DNA of 50,781 nucleotides from a virus. Positions 32,858 through 42,800 of this stretch are shown piece after piece. Each line of letters begins with the position of its first letter. The stretch's first letter is position 1. Both the position numbers and the translations under genes were made by a program. The notes below the pieces were generated by a model. It was given only the letters and a program-made list of their open reading frames with translations, was not told where the DNA came from and ran no database searches. The stretch spans positions 1-50,781 of IMG/VR virus record IMGVR_UViG_3300045988_030121; one strand, 5' to 3'.

Positions 32858-33964
32858 TTAGTTCTTGTTCCAAGAAGTTGCGTTGGTCTGCATGAGGACG
32901 GAACGCCCTGCAAGATTCCAAGCGGGGAAAGCATTAGTGATGCCCTCGGTGACTTCCTGCACCGGTTCCTCGTTGGAGAATTTCTTGATAAGGGTGTGTC
33001 CGTGCATAACCTTTTCAGCAACGGAGCCGGGCATCTTCTTGGCATCAATTGGCTTTTTCCACCAAGTGTTGCCAAGAACCTTGCTTTCGGAGAACAGGAT
33101 GACATCATCCACGAAAGGATTTTCGGTGATGCGTGAGCCATCCGCAAGTTCAAGGGTTATGGATTGGTCAATGAGAACAATCTGCAAGCCCTTGTAAAGT
33201 TCATTCTTCTTGGCAAGGTATGCATTGACCGTTTTGAGGTCAGGGGCATCCGCGGTTTCGGTGACATTCTGAATGAATGTCGCACACTTCTTGATGACTT
33301 CCTCCTGTGCGGCCAGCTTCTCAAAAGTGTCCACATTCATGAAAGCGAACTTATACGCCGCACCATAAAGACGCTTGCCAAGTTTGATTGCTTTCACGAA
33401 GTCTTTTGTGAGGGGCTTGCCGGAAGTACCGGAAGAATAAGAGACTTCAACGCCGATTTTCTGTTCAGATGGAATCTGATAATCGACATCGTATTCAGTG
33501 ACGATTGCCGCGTTGTTGCTGTTTGTGAAAGTGACCTTTCCGAGCGAAATCTGACGAAGCGCAATCCACTCAATGCGGGCGGCAACGCCATCCCAACAAA
33601 ATTTGGTATCCTCGGCCCAAAATTCCACAAGGGCTTTAAGGTCGGGGTTGTTGGATGACATTGCGACAAGGATGTCATATTCCGTCAGTTCATCCTCGTT
33701 CTTTTCACGAGAAATGGAAATCTTGGGAATATCACCCTGAATGCGGGAAATGGCTTCACGGGTCTTGCGCGGAATAGTCGCACCACGGGAAACAAGGTCG
33801 GCGGCAATCTTCAAACCCGCCTGTGCTTCAAGCATCTTCCATGTCAGGAAGTTGGTCTCTTTCAGCGGGAAAAGGGTTGGATAGTAGTAATCATGCAAGT
33901 TGTAAGTGTAGATTACGGCCTGCATGTCTTTTTCATTCAACCCGACCATCAATGACTTCTGCAT
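32858..33964 (-). CDS. Major capsid protein (lambda gpE-like family)
   Basis: 368 aa. Blocks resembling gpE are PTLFPL near the N-terminus and VLGNT in the C-terminal third. The gene order scaffold - decoration - capsid matches lambda C/Nu3-D-E. Confidence 0.8.
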   Translation of the reverse strand: MQKSLMVGLNEKDMQAVIYTYNLHDYYYPTLFPLKETNFLTWKMLEAQAGLKIAADLVSRGATIPRKTREAISRIQGDIPKISISREKNEDELTEYDILVAMSSNNPDLKALVEFWAEDTKFCWDGVAARIEWIALRQISLGKVTFTNSNNAAIVTEYDVDYQIPSEQKIGVEVSYSSGTSGKPLTKDFVKAIKLGKRLYGAAYKFAFMNVDTFEKLAAQEEVIKKCATFIQNVTETADAPDLKTVNAYLAKKNELYKGLQIVLIDQSITLELADGSRITENPFVDDVILFSESKVLGNTWWKKPIDAKKMPGSVAEKVMHGHTLIKKFSNEEPVQEVTEGITNAFPAWNLAGRSVLMQTNATSWNKN

Positions 33965-33983
33965 ATCTGTTCAGATTTGAAGA

Positions 33984-34550
33984 TTACACATAAAGGATTC
34001 CTTTGAGCGCCGATTTGATGGAATCATTGACAATTGGTGCGTTGGATTCGCATACAACGCCAATAACCCAAATATCGGTAAAGAGGTTGTCTCCACTTTC
34101 GACATCCTGGTTCTGACCGGCGATGCCCACGGGGGCATATTTCAGGGTCTTGTTTGCGCCGGAAGATTCAAAGGCGCAAGTTCCGGCGGTGATTTCAGCA
34201 CCGAGGGTTGTTCCAACGGTGATGACATCCTTTGCGGAATCGGACTTGTCAATGGCAGTAATAAGCTGACCATTGCAAGCCGCGGTCGCAAAACGGTCAC
34301 CGACCTTGAAATGATGCCCCTTTGCCACATCATAGGTTGTCGCATCGGATGCGGCCTTGGTGATAATCTGTGCGGTTTTCACCACCTGATACACACCATT
34401 TGCTCCCTTTCCGAGAGGTGTTCCCTCAAAGAGTGCATTTCCGCCCAAATCGGCAACCTTGACAGTCACGCCACCGGGAATGTCCGCCACGCGGTGAAGC
34501 ACACACTTCACAACGCGGTTGTCTTTTTTTCTTTGGATTCTCAGTGCCAT
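33984..34550 (-). CDS. Putative head decoration / head fibre protein
   Basis: 188 aa and Gly/Ala/Thr-rich. Lies between the scaffold and capsid genes. Confidence 0.4.
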   Translation of the reverse strand: MALRIQRKKDNRVVKCVLHRVADIPGGVTVKVADLGGNALFEGTPLGKGANGVYQVVKTAQIITKAASDATTYDVAKGHHFKVGDRFATAACNGQLITAIDKSDSAKDVITVGTTLGAEITAGTCAFESSGANKTLKYAPVGIAGQNQDVESGDNLFTDIWVIGVVCESNAPIVNDSIKSALKGILYV

Positions 34551-34569
34551 AAGGCTTAAAGATTAATTG

Positions 34570-35268
34570 TTAAACGGTTTTGCCGGCAAACGCATTACCC
34601 TCCGGCGATTGTGACTTGATGAACTCCGAAACGCCTTTTGAAACGCCCGTTTCCGCTTCTTTCTGCGAGAAAAGGGGCGCACCACCGCCACGAAGTGCAT
34701 CATCGGCAACGCGCTGATTGGCCGTTTTTATATCGGCCGTCTTGCCAGACAAGTATTCATTGAAGTCATCATCAGATGCAAAGGACATCCGGCCAAAGTC
34801 TTTCAGGGTCTGCGTCTTGAAATTCTCGTCCTTGCAATCCTTTAAGGCATCTTCCAATGCTTGAAGCCTTGTCTTGCCGACTTCTTTGGCCTTGAATCCG
34901 TCAATGGTCTCTTTCATGGGTGCGAGGGCGGCATCAACGGCGGCTTTCACGATGGCCGCGATGTCATCCTTATTGCCATCATCCCCGCCGGGTTCGGTTT
35001 TGATGTCATCCTTGATGTTGAACTTCTTTCGGATGTTGGCTTCCAAAGTCTTGTTGCTTTCGGAAACTTCCTTGTCCACATCCTGACGGTAGCCCTTGCA
35101 GAACTCAATGACCTGCGCTTCGGTCAGCTTGTCCACGATGGCTTTCGCTTCTTCATCGTTTGTTGCCTGTAACGAGAGACCCCGCGCCAGATTGGTCAAG
35201 CCGTCTTTCCGCACGCCTGTGACATTGCCGAAAGCGGCAATCAGTAATGCTAAAATCGTTTTGAACAT
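34570..35268 (-). CDS. Putative scaffolding protein
   Basis: 232 aa, highly charged with Lys/Glu/Asp-rich helical sequence. First gene of the head operon. Confidence 0.55.
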   Translation of the reverse strand: MFKTILALLIAAFGNVTGVRKDGLTNLARGLSLQATNDEEAKAIVDKLTEAQVIEFCKGYRQDVDKEVSESNKTLEANIRKKFNIKDDIKTEPGGDDGNKDDIAAIVKAAVDAALAPMKETIDGFKAKEVGKTRLQALEDALKDCKDENFKTQTLKDFGRMSFASDDDFNEYLSGKTADIKTANQRVADDALRGGGAPLFSQKEAETGVSKGVSEFIKSQSPEGNAFAGKTV

Positions 35269-35313
35269 AATGTGATGAATTAAATGTGTTATGGTTGTAC
35301 AAAATCAACGGGT

Positions 35314-35321
35314 CAAAGTTA
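35314..35321 (-). promoter_or_regulatory. -7 box TAACTTTG (minus strand) for the head/tail operon
   Basis: Matches TAnnTTTG. It is 6 nt downstream of palindrome c and 45 nt upstream of the ATG at 35268. Confidence 0.5.
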
Positions 35322-35327
35322 ATCATT

Positions 35328-35342
35328 GTTTTATAGTAACAC
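35328..35342. promoter_or_regulatory. 15-bp palindrome family, copy c (GTTTTATAGTAACAC)
   Basis: 14/15 match to the consensus. Lies in the divergent intergenic region. Confidence 0.6.
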
Positions 35343-35453
35343 GCGCCATGTATCAACCAAGTTATCGAATACTTGTGAACATTTTGCTATGCAAATGCAC
35401 AAATTTTCTTGCAAAATAGTTGTTTTATTAAAAATAATCACCACCTTTGCGAT

Positions 35454-35468
35454 GTGTTACTATAACAC
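35454..35468. promoter_or_regulatory. 15-bp palindrome family, copy d (GTGTTACTATAACAC, perfect arms)
   Basis: 34 nt upstream of the ATG at 35503. Preceded by CCTTTG 4 nt upstream. Confidence 0.6.
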
Positions 35469-35502
35469 GATACGCAACAAGAACAATTAAACACTCGCAA
35501 CA

Positions 35503-35835
35503 ATGAAAGCAACTATCGTAAAAGACAATGACTTCAAGACGGTCGGATTCCTTGTGACCTCTAACGGCAAAGACATCATCAGATGGGGAATTTCCCCGCA
35601 TCCGATGGTATTCTGCAAAGAGGTTAATGCAAAGGATTGGGAAACCGACATCATAGCCCTTATTAAACTTCAAGAAAGGCTCATGTGTGAAAAGACCTTT
35701 GTGCAATATTGGTTCGAAGCGGCCGCGGCATCAGGGCTTGACACAAGTGACTTTTCTTTGAGGGTTACGGCCAATGAAAACCGAATCAAGAAAATTGAAA
35801 GCACGATTGAGAACATCATCAACAACATCATTTAA
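35503..35835 (+). CDS. Hypothetical protein (accessory island gene 1)
   Basis: 110 aa. ATG in the conserved ACACTCGCAACAATGAAAG context. Confidence 0.6.
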   Translation: MKATIVKDNDFKTVGFLVTSNGKDIIRWGISPHPMVFCKEVNAKDWETDIIALIKLQERLMCEKTFVQYWFEAAAASGLDTSDFSLRVTANENRIKKIESTIENIINNII

Positions 35836-35843
35836 GTCAAACC

Positions 35844-35859
35844 GGGGGCGAAAGCCCCC
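35844..35859 (+). promoter_or_regulatory. GNRA-tetraloop hairpin GGGGGC-GAAA-GCCCCC
   Basis: Perfect 6-bp GC stem 9 nt after the stop of island gene 1, with no U tract. Possibly an RNA stabiliser or processing element. Confidence 0.4.
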
Positions 35860-35878
35860 ATTGAATCCAACCCGCAAA

Positions 35879-36163
35879 ATGAAAGCATGGTATCTGTCAG
35901 CATTCGATTTTGAAGCCAATCTCACAAGGACATACCGCAAGCCAATCATCAACAATCCGACTGATTGGATGAACGAAAAAGCGGCCTTTCTCAAAAGGGT
36001 CTATCACTTTGACAAATGTGAGGTCATAAATACATACCCCGGAGGTTATGTCCTGATATGCACACGCGCAAAAGCACCGCGCCGCAAGGCGATGGAAATT
36101 CACTTCTATTTGCGCCCCGTCAATGTGGACGGCAAGCGAATCACCCTTATTCACGAACAATAA
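35879..36163 (+). CDS. Hypothetical protein (island gene 2)
   Basis: 94 aa from the ATG at 35879. The track start at 35774 would overlap gene 1 and the hairpin. Confidence 0.5.
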   Translation: MKAWYLSAFDFEANLTRTYRKPIINNPTDWMNEKAAFLKRVYHFDKCEVINTYPGGYVLICTRAKAPRRKAMEIHFYLRPVNVDGKRITLIHEQ

Positions 36164-36185
36164 ACCATCAAAATAAATCGCAACA

Positions 36186-36431
36186 ATGAAAAGCAACAGC
36201 AACATTCATCCCGTTTACAAATCAAGGGTCAAATCTCTTGAAGAAACCCTCACCCTCATCGCCGGTGTTCCGGTCGAAATCACCATCAGGGCCATTGACC
36301 ATTACACATTCACTTTCGATGGCCGCAATGACAAGGCCATGAGCAAACTTCAAGCATTCTTTCTCGGAAAGCTGAACGGGTGCGGCTATGACCAGGAATG
36401 CAACATGTCTTATGCTTATTATGATGCCTAA
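36186..36431 (+). CDS. Hypothetical protein (island gene 3)
   Basis: 81 aa, with the TCGCAACAATGAAA start context. Confidence 0.55.
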   Translation: MKSNSNIHPVYKSRVKSLEETLTLIAGVPVEITIRAIDHYTFTFDGRNDKAMSKLQAFFLGKLNGCGYDQECNMSYAYYDA

Positions 36432-36442
36432 ATCCCACCGCC

Positions 36443-36652
36443 ATGCAAGAGAAACACACATATCGCACACACATCAAGGTTGATGAACTTGCCTTTTTCC
36501 TTGCCCACAATTCCCGGCCATTCGAATGCGGCCGGGATGAAATGGGCTATCACATCCGCTTCAAGTGTGAACCCGATTTCCTTGAATACGCCATCAAGGA
36601 GCGCCCGCAATTCTCCATGATAAACTTCATTGATGATGGAATCCGCGGTTAA
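36443..36652 (+). CDS. Hypothetical protein (island gene 4)
   Basis: 69 aa with an ATG start. Confidence 0.5.
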   Translation: MQEKHTYRTHIKVDELAFFLAHNSRPFECGRDEMGYHIRFKCEPDFLEYAIKERPQFSMINFIDDGIRG

Positions 36653-36845
36653 GACTTCCACAAAGCGCACGATTTCCCCGTCTCCAATCCGCGTTGTTGT
36701 CACGGGGCCTCGTGGCGGCCTTGTCACCATGCGTTATTTCAATGACAAGGAAAGGGCAACGGACTTTTTTACCGATTGCCTTGCCAAATATCTTGATTAC
36801 AATGTCGAACTTGAAAATTTATGTGAAGATGGCTATTATAGATAA
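36633..36845 (+). CDS. Hypothetical protein (island gene 5), uncertain
   Basis: 70 aa from the first ATG. Overlaps both neighbouring genes. Confidence 0.35.
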   Translation: MMESAVKTSTKRTISPSPIRVVVTGPRGGLVTMRYFNDKERATDFFTDCLAKYLDYNVELENLCEDGYYR

Positions 36846-37182
36846 CAGACAAAGCCCGCCCGTGCCAAAGTACATAAAAGACCTCATGGCAAGGGCATCA
36901 TTCCAATTCTCGCAATCTTTTGCTGAACCCGGCTATACTATTGCCATAGGGAAAAGGACGGATTACACCCAAATTCAAACCCTCAAAGAAGAAATTGAGC
37001 AATTGTCCAAGTGGGTACACAAAGAATGCCGCCGGCGCGGAATGGACAAGGCCGGTGCGGATTCCACCATCATAGTCCACAGCATTCCACACATCACCCT
37101 GTATTGCCCGCAATATGCCTTTGTTACAATCTTTGACCCCATCATGCAAAGCCTTGAACCCTTTATCCCCAAGAAGAAATGA
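36829..37182 (+). CDS. Hypothetical protein (island gene 6)
   Basis: 117 aa from the ATG at 36829 (MAIIDNRQSPP...). Its stop codon overlaps the next ATG (ATGA). Confidence 0.5.
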   Translation: MAIIDNRQSPPVPKYIKDLMARASFQFSQSFAEPGYTIAIGKRTDYTQIQTLKEEIEQLSKWVHKECRRRGMDKAGADSTIIVHSIPHITLYCPQYAFVTIFDPIMQSLEPFIPKKK

Positions 37183-37685
37183 AACCGCAAGACAAAGAGA
37201 AAATCAAGAAGATTCGTGCCGACATCAAGGCTTCCAGCATCCCGGAAGAACTGAAAGTGCTGTACCTCTTGGCGAATGCCGTGGAAATCATATCGCAACA
37301 GTCCCTTTTGCGCCTGAAATCCGTATATGCACGGCATGGGTACAAAATCAAGGGCAATGACATGCTCACCGGCCTGAACCAATATTGCACTTATCAGAAG
37401 ATGGCAGCTTTCCAATTCTTCGAAAGGATTGACCCGGCCATCATCAATGCCACATGGGGAGCCGACCGCGATGAAGATGACCCAAACGCCCCCGGAAACG
37501 CGGCTGCGATAGATTCTTTCAATGAGGATGCAAATGAAATCATCCGCCTTGTGTACCTCTACATTGACCGCACTTCACGCAATAATGAGGGCTTTGCAAA
37601 GGTGTTCAAGACCTTGCGGCAATTGCCATCATGCGGGCTTTTCAAGGATGAAGATATTGCAAGATACAAAATGAAGCACCTATGA
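37179..37685 (+). CDS. Hypothetical protein (island gene 7)
   Basis: 168 aa, with ATGA overlaps at both ends. Confidence 0.6.
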   Translation: MKPQDKEKIKKIRADIKASSIPEELKVLYLLANAVEIISQQSLLRLKSVYARHGYKIKGNDMLTGLNQYCTYQKMAAFQFFERIDPAIINATWGADRDEDDPNAPGNAAAIDSFNEDANEIIRLVYLYIDRTSRNNEGFAKVFKTLRQLPSCGLFKDEDIARYKMKHL

Positions 37686-37933
37686 TTGGAAAAGAACCCG
37701 ATACATTGGGGATGCTTGACATCCTCACAAAGAACCATGTCGCATATAACATCACGAACCTTGTCATCAATGGGCTTGATGCCAATGGGCAAGTGGAATA
37801 CCGGCCCGAACACCATTGTGTCATCAGATTCGCCGGCCGTGACTTGTATTGCTTCATCGGGGATTCTTTTGAAAGAGTTGTCCGTGATGCCTTTGTCAAG
37901 GCCGTTGAATGTGGACTTGTCTTGCATTGTTGA
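37682..37933 (+). CDS. Hypothetical protein (island gene 8)
   Basis: 83 aa. Confidence 0.5.
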   Translation: MIGKEPDTLGMLDILTKNHVAYNITNLVINGLDANGQVEYRPEHHCVIRFAGRDLYCFIGDSFERVVRDAFVKAVECGLVLHC

Positions 37934-37964
37934 TTGTTTTATTAAATAAATTCACTATCTTTGT

Positions 37965-38558
37965 ATGAAAAATGATTTTACCATTGAGGAACTTGCAGCC
38001 AAGTATGGCTTGGAAGTTGCCTTTGCCGAAAGCCTTGCCGCCAAGATTGAGGACAAGGAAAACACCGTCCGCGCTTTCAGGATGTTTGCCGATGGCAAGC
38101 TGCCTTATGAGATTGCGACCCGCAAGGACACCACAATCAATGTGGCCGCGCTGCGCCATCAGATTGCCGTGAAACTTGTTGAACTGCGCAAGAACCAGGA
38201 AGAAGCCGCCCGTATGCAAATGGAGCATGAGAAGCGCATCTTTGAGTTTTACAATGGATGTGAACACATAGACCATGAACACACCGTATTCAGGAAAAGG
38301 GCGGTGGAAAGGGTTTATATCAAGGATGGCCATCTTGTTGCCTTTGCCCACTTTGAGGGGAAAACCGGTGGCATCTATGGGGCAAACAATGAGGTGATGC
38401 CCGCTTTCAAATGGCAACCCAAGAACTATTTGCGACAGCTCCGGAAAATCAACAAGGCATTCTTCCGCGCCGTCAAACATGCTGCGTATGCGGATGATGC
38501 AGAACTATTCAGGATGGATGAAAGAACCATAAGAAAGGACAAGACAAATGAACGGTGA
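37965..38558 (+). CDS. Hypothetical protein (island gene 9)
   Basis: 197 aa. Confidence 0.6.
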   Translation: MKNDFTIEELAAKYGLEVAFAESLAAKIEDKENTVRAFRMFADGKLPYEIATRKDTTINVAALRHQIAVKLVELRKNQEEAARMQMEHEKRIFEFYNGCEHIDHEHTVFRKRAVERVYIKDGHLVAFAHFEGKTGGIYGANNEVMPAFKWQPKNYLRQLRKINKAFFRAVKHAAYADDAELFRMDERTIRKDKTNER

Positions 38559-38784
38559 TACCATTTACCACCTGACCATCAAAGATGCGAACACGAACCA
38601 TTATTTTGGCTCTATTTCCGCAATCTTTGATGTGTTCACACCAACGGACATTGGTGTGAGCAAAACGCGCTTGTGGGGCTTCAAATTGACCGAGAACAAG
38701 CCGTATGAAAACAAGTTAATCATTCTCCGAAAGGGGAACTTGCACCGCAAGTCCTCTTACCGGGGACAAAAACGCAACAGATAA
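38548..38784 (+). CDS. Hypothetical protein (island gene 10)
   Basis: 78 aa. Confidence 0.5.
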   Translation: MNGDTIYHLTIKDANTNHYFGSISAIFDVFTPTDIGVSKTRLWGFKLTENKPYENKLIILRKGNLHRKSSYRGQKRNR

Positions 38785-38785
38785 T

Positions 38786-39562
38786 ATGATTGGAACAATT
38801 ATCGGTGATATTGTCGGGTCTCGCTTTGAGTTTGCAAACCATCGAAGCAAGCATTTCGACCTGTTCACCATCAAATGTGACTTCACGGATGACACCATCA
38901 TGACGATGGCCGTTGCCGATGCCTTGCAGAAAGGCAAGAGGTTCGACCGCGCATTCCGTGAATTTGGGAAACGGTACAACCGACCAATGGGCGGTTATGG
39001 CGCATCATTCCGCCAATGGCTTGACACGCCCGGAATGCCGGCTTACTATTCCTTTGGGAATGGCGCGGCCATGCGTGTTTCCCCCGTGGCCTTGCGCTTC
39101 AAGGATAAGCCCCTTGAAGATTGCCTTGCAATGGCCGAACAAACGGCCGTGGTGACACACAACCACCCCGAGGGCATCAAGGGTGCAAGATGCGTTGCAC
39201 ACCTCATTTGGGCGGCTCTCAATGGCGCAACAACAAAGCTGGCTATGTTCGCCATCGCAAGCAAGTATTATGAGGAAATTGATGGGCTTTCCGTGGATGA
39301 CATCAGGCAAGACAACATCTTTGATGAATCATGCCAAGTTACCGTTCCGCAAGCCATCGAATGTTTCCTTGAAGCATCTTCCTTTGAGGATGCCATCAGG
39401 AATGCAGTGTCCATCGGGGGTGATTCCGACACCATCGCGGCCATCACCGGCGGCATCGCGGAAGCATTCTTTGGTGTTCCGTTTGATTTGCAAGTGCAAG
39501 CCCGGCGATACCTGACACCAGAATTTATCAACATCCTAAATCGTGAATACAATGGCAAATAA
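38786..39562 (+). CDS. ADP-ribosylglycohydrolase (ARH/DraG family)
   Basis: 258 aa. Blocks are GDIVGSRFEF, FTDDTIMTMAVADAL, GGYGASF..W, GNGAAMRVSP and GGDSDTIAAITGGIAEAFFG (metal-binding Asp clusters). Confidence 0.88.
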   Translation: MIGTIIGDIVGSRFEFANHRSKHFDLFTIKCDFTDDTIMTMAVADALQKGKRFDRAFREFGKRYNRPMGGYGASFRQWLDTPGMPAYYSFGNGAAMRVSPVALRFKDKPLEDCLAMAEQTAVVTHNHPEGIKGARCVAHLIWAALNGATTKLAMFAIASKYYEEIDGLSVDDIRQDNIFDESCQVTVPQAIECFLEASSFEDAIRNAVSIGGDSDTIAAITGGIAEAFFGVPFDLQVQARRYLTPEFINILNREYNGK

Positions 39563-39872
39563 AGCTGAACTTTTGAAGTCTTGCCGGTTTTATGATGGCA
39601 AGGATGATTGTGGTTTCCCATCGGGGAGTGAGGAAGAAACCCTTTGGGCAATTGAACGGCTTTGGGTAAACAAGACATTACAGAAAGATGTCTTATTTAT
39701 CGAATCCGCGGTCAATGATTTCCTTGCCTATGGCTTGAACACTTTGGAAAGGCATGATGGCATTCCCGTTGAACTGAAAGCCGTTCTTTTCAATCGGTTC
39801 TCACAATACAATGAAAGGGTGGACACGGCGGCATTCAGAGACTATTATAAAAGACACTATGCAAAAGATTAG
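39552..39872 (+). CDS. Hypothetical protein (island gene 12)
   Basis: 106 aa from the ATG at 39552; the track start is a GTG. Confidence 0.5.
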   Translation: MANKAELLKSCRFYDGKDDCGFPSGSEEETLWAIERLWVNKTLQKDVLFIESAVNDFLAYGLNTLERHDGIPVELKAVLFNRFSQYNERVDTAAFRDYYKRHYAKD

Positions 39873-39893
39873 GGGGCAATCGCCCCCTTTTTT
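39871..39893 (+). terminator. Rho-independent terminator (AGGGGGC-AATC-GCCCCCT, T6) between convergent genes
   Basis: Hairpin plus TTTTTT immediately after the island. The stop codon of the 1227-aa minus-strand gene is 2 nt further on. Confidence 0.75.
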
Positions 39894-39894
39894 G

Positions 39895-42800
39895 TTAATC
39901 AAATGTGCAATATGTTCCGTTGCTTGAATGATTGACCTTGAAATTACGAGTCTCTTGTCCAAGCACTTCCACATCAATGTACCACATATCTTGCGCCTTG
40001 TCATATTCGGCTTTCGTGATACGCATCTTCGTACCTCTTTGCAACAAGACCTCGTTTTCATCATGTTTCCCCGGATTCGCCTTTTTGACACCATCCCAAG
40101 AACTGCCGAATGTCCCACATGATGAAAAGGCTTGGCAATATACGCCCTTTGTCCCTTTTGGACAATAGATGTTGTAAATTACATCTTTCTTTCCCGTGCA
40201 TGTGAACCTTGTTTCACGGCATGAGCCACAAGACATGAATGAATTATCTTGCCCAATTCTCCCTACAAGTGCGGACGGATTATTTCGATATGCCGCCAAT
40301 GATGGAATCCCAAACACATATTCGGCATCCCATGCGCCGGCATCCCTTTTTATCCAAACATCATTCGTGCAAATGTCAATGTCAAGGGCTTTTGTCAAAG
40401 ACTTTATATGCCTTTCGATTTCATCATCCGAATGTCTCCATGGGGCTTCATAATAGTGCCCACTGATTGCCCTCAATGGCTCCGTAATATAGGCACTTCC
40501 ACTTGTATATCCAGCAAATGCCCTCTTTTCATCATCAGTTGCCTTTTTCCAATATGCGGCTTGAAACTTATGGAAATAATCATCAGCATCCTGTGCTGTC
40601 AAATGCCATTTCGCAATATCCTTTCGGCTTTGACTGTACACATCATCAATATCTTCGCCCAATTGTTTCAATAAGGTGCGAATCTTCTTGTTATCAGGAT
40701 TGTCACCCGAAAGGATGATGGATATTTCATTGTACTTACTCTCTTGAAGTTTCGTCAATGGTGCTTTACCACTCAATGCATCAGTTATTCTCCGCGAACA
40801 CAAGGCAAATGCCGCATCCTCAAATTCTTCATCAGTCAAGGTGTATTGTAATGAATCATTTGATGATTTTGGTTTTCTGCGGCTCAATGTATGTTGCACG
40901 AACTTGTTGATTTCATCAAGTTTTGAGCGCATCAATGAAATTGATGCATCTGATTTTGCTACCAATGCTTGCCACTCGGAAACAAGTTCCTTTCCTTTCG
41001 GGCTTTTCGATGATTGAAGTGTTGCAATCGGCATTTGTGCTTGGCTTATCAATTCTTGCCGTTCCATCTGATATGAGACATCGGCAAGTTTCTTCTTGTA
41101 CGCCTTTTGCGCCACTTCCCAAGTGACATATTTATGATGTGCAGGGTCATCAAGATATTTGATTTCCCACTCCAACTTCATCTTCAAGTAATCCAATGCT
41201 GGATTCTTTTGATTCCATTGGTTTAACTTTGATTCAACGGCATTGAAAGCGGCATGAACAGCATCGGAGCCGAATTGTGCCTTTGCATCGGCCACATCAA
41301 CAAGCAAGGTGGAAAGATGCTCATTGTCTTTGGCTTCTTTGATGGCTTCCTGCAATTCCGTGATGGCCGATGTATAAGAAGCCTTGTCAAACGACCAAGT
41401 GGAATGATTGCCTTGCAATTTCTTCATCATTACCGCATAATGAGACACCGGGATGCCGTGATTCATCGCTTCCTGCATCAAAGGCATAATCTTGGCAATC
41501 CACGCATTGACATCTTCCAGCAACTTTTGCCCCGTGGCAACAATCTGTTCAATGCCGGTGGTGATTGAATGCATGTTCTTGTTCTGAATACCCACATCAA
41601 TCTGTGCCGTGGAAAGCCCCCATTCCTGTGCGACTTGCCGGGCTTGCTCAATCTGCGGCATGATGGCCATCAACTGCGGCTTGAAAGTGTCCACGGCCGT
41701 CTTGTTCTCAAAGGCATCAAGCAACTCTTGCGGGATGCCCTCTTTATCACCCATCATCCATTGTGAGAACCATTCCGCAAGCTGTTCCCGGTCGGTGGTC
41801 TTTGCGTATGTGGAATTGTATGCGTTGCCGGCATAACCCTCACCTCCGTTGAACTTGTGGTCGAAAAGATGCCCAAATTCATGGTGAATAGTCGCTTTCA
41901 CGCGGTCTTTCACATCTTTCAGGGAATATGCATAAGTGAAAGTGATTTCATCATGGCCGGCGGCAATATCCTTTTGGAACTTGCCAATCTTGATTTCGAT
42001 GTCGGTGACACGGGACTTCATTTGCTTGATGTCCTGTTTCAACATCTTGTCCGCGGCCGGATTGATGCCCAACTTGGCTTCAAATTGCATGATTTGCTCT
42101 TGCAACTTGGCCTTTTGCACTTCAAGGGATGCGATTTTCTCCAAGATGGGCTTGCCCGAATCCGCATCATCACCGAAAATGTCAAGGTTGATGACTATTT
42201 CATTGGTCTGCGTGTTGTAATGCCCACCCTCTTTCTTTGTGTGCATGTCACCTTTGGCGAATGAAAGGCCATTCAGGGGGATTCCGGCATCACCGAAATA
42301 GTCAAATTCCTCTTGCAAGGCTTCAAGGATGATGTTTGCCTGTTCCACCGTGGCATTACCAAAGTCAATGTGGCTGATTCCGAACCCCTTTGCCACCTCA
42401 ATCGCTTGCATGATAGTCTTGACACCACCATCATTCGCCCCTTGCTTCAATCCAAGAGACAATTGCCCGTCAATGAAGTTGTCCGCGATGAAATACGGGG
42501 TTGATGCCCAATTCTCTTGTGCCGCCACATTCTCCGAAATCCATTCCTTGAACCCGACCGGGACATCCAGCACCTCATTCTTTGCCCTCTTGGGCTTGTA
42601 TGGCTTGCCGGTCAATGCGGCTATCAATTCAGCTTGCTCATTGGCGTTGCGCGTTTCTTCATCCATAAGGATGGGGGTTGCATAACACATGCATTGCGGA
42701 TGCCACCCCTTGAACTTGAATGTCTTTGGATAACGCCCCACAAGCCGTTCACACAACTTGCACTTGCACAACGGCTTATGGGTTGAACGGTGAATCTCAA

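Noticed and set aside
37956-37963. TATCTTTG (a perfect TAnnTTTG match) just before the ATG at 37965
   Set aside because: Only 1 nt separates it from the start codon, so a transcript starting here would lack the start codon. It is probably a chance match inside the island operon.
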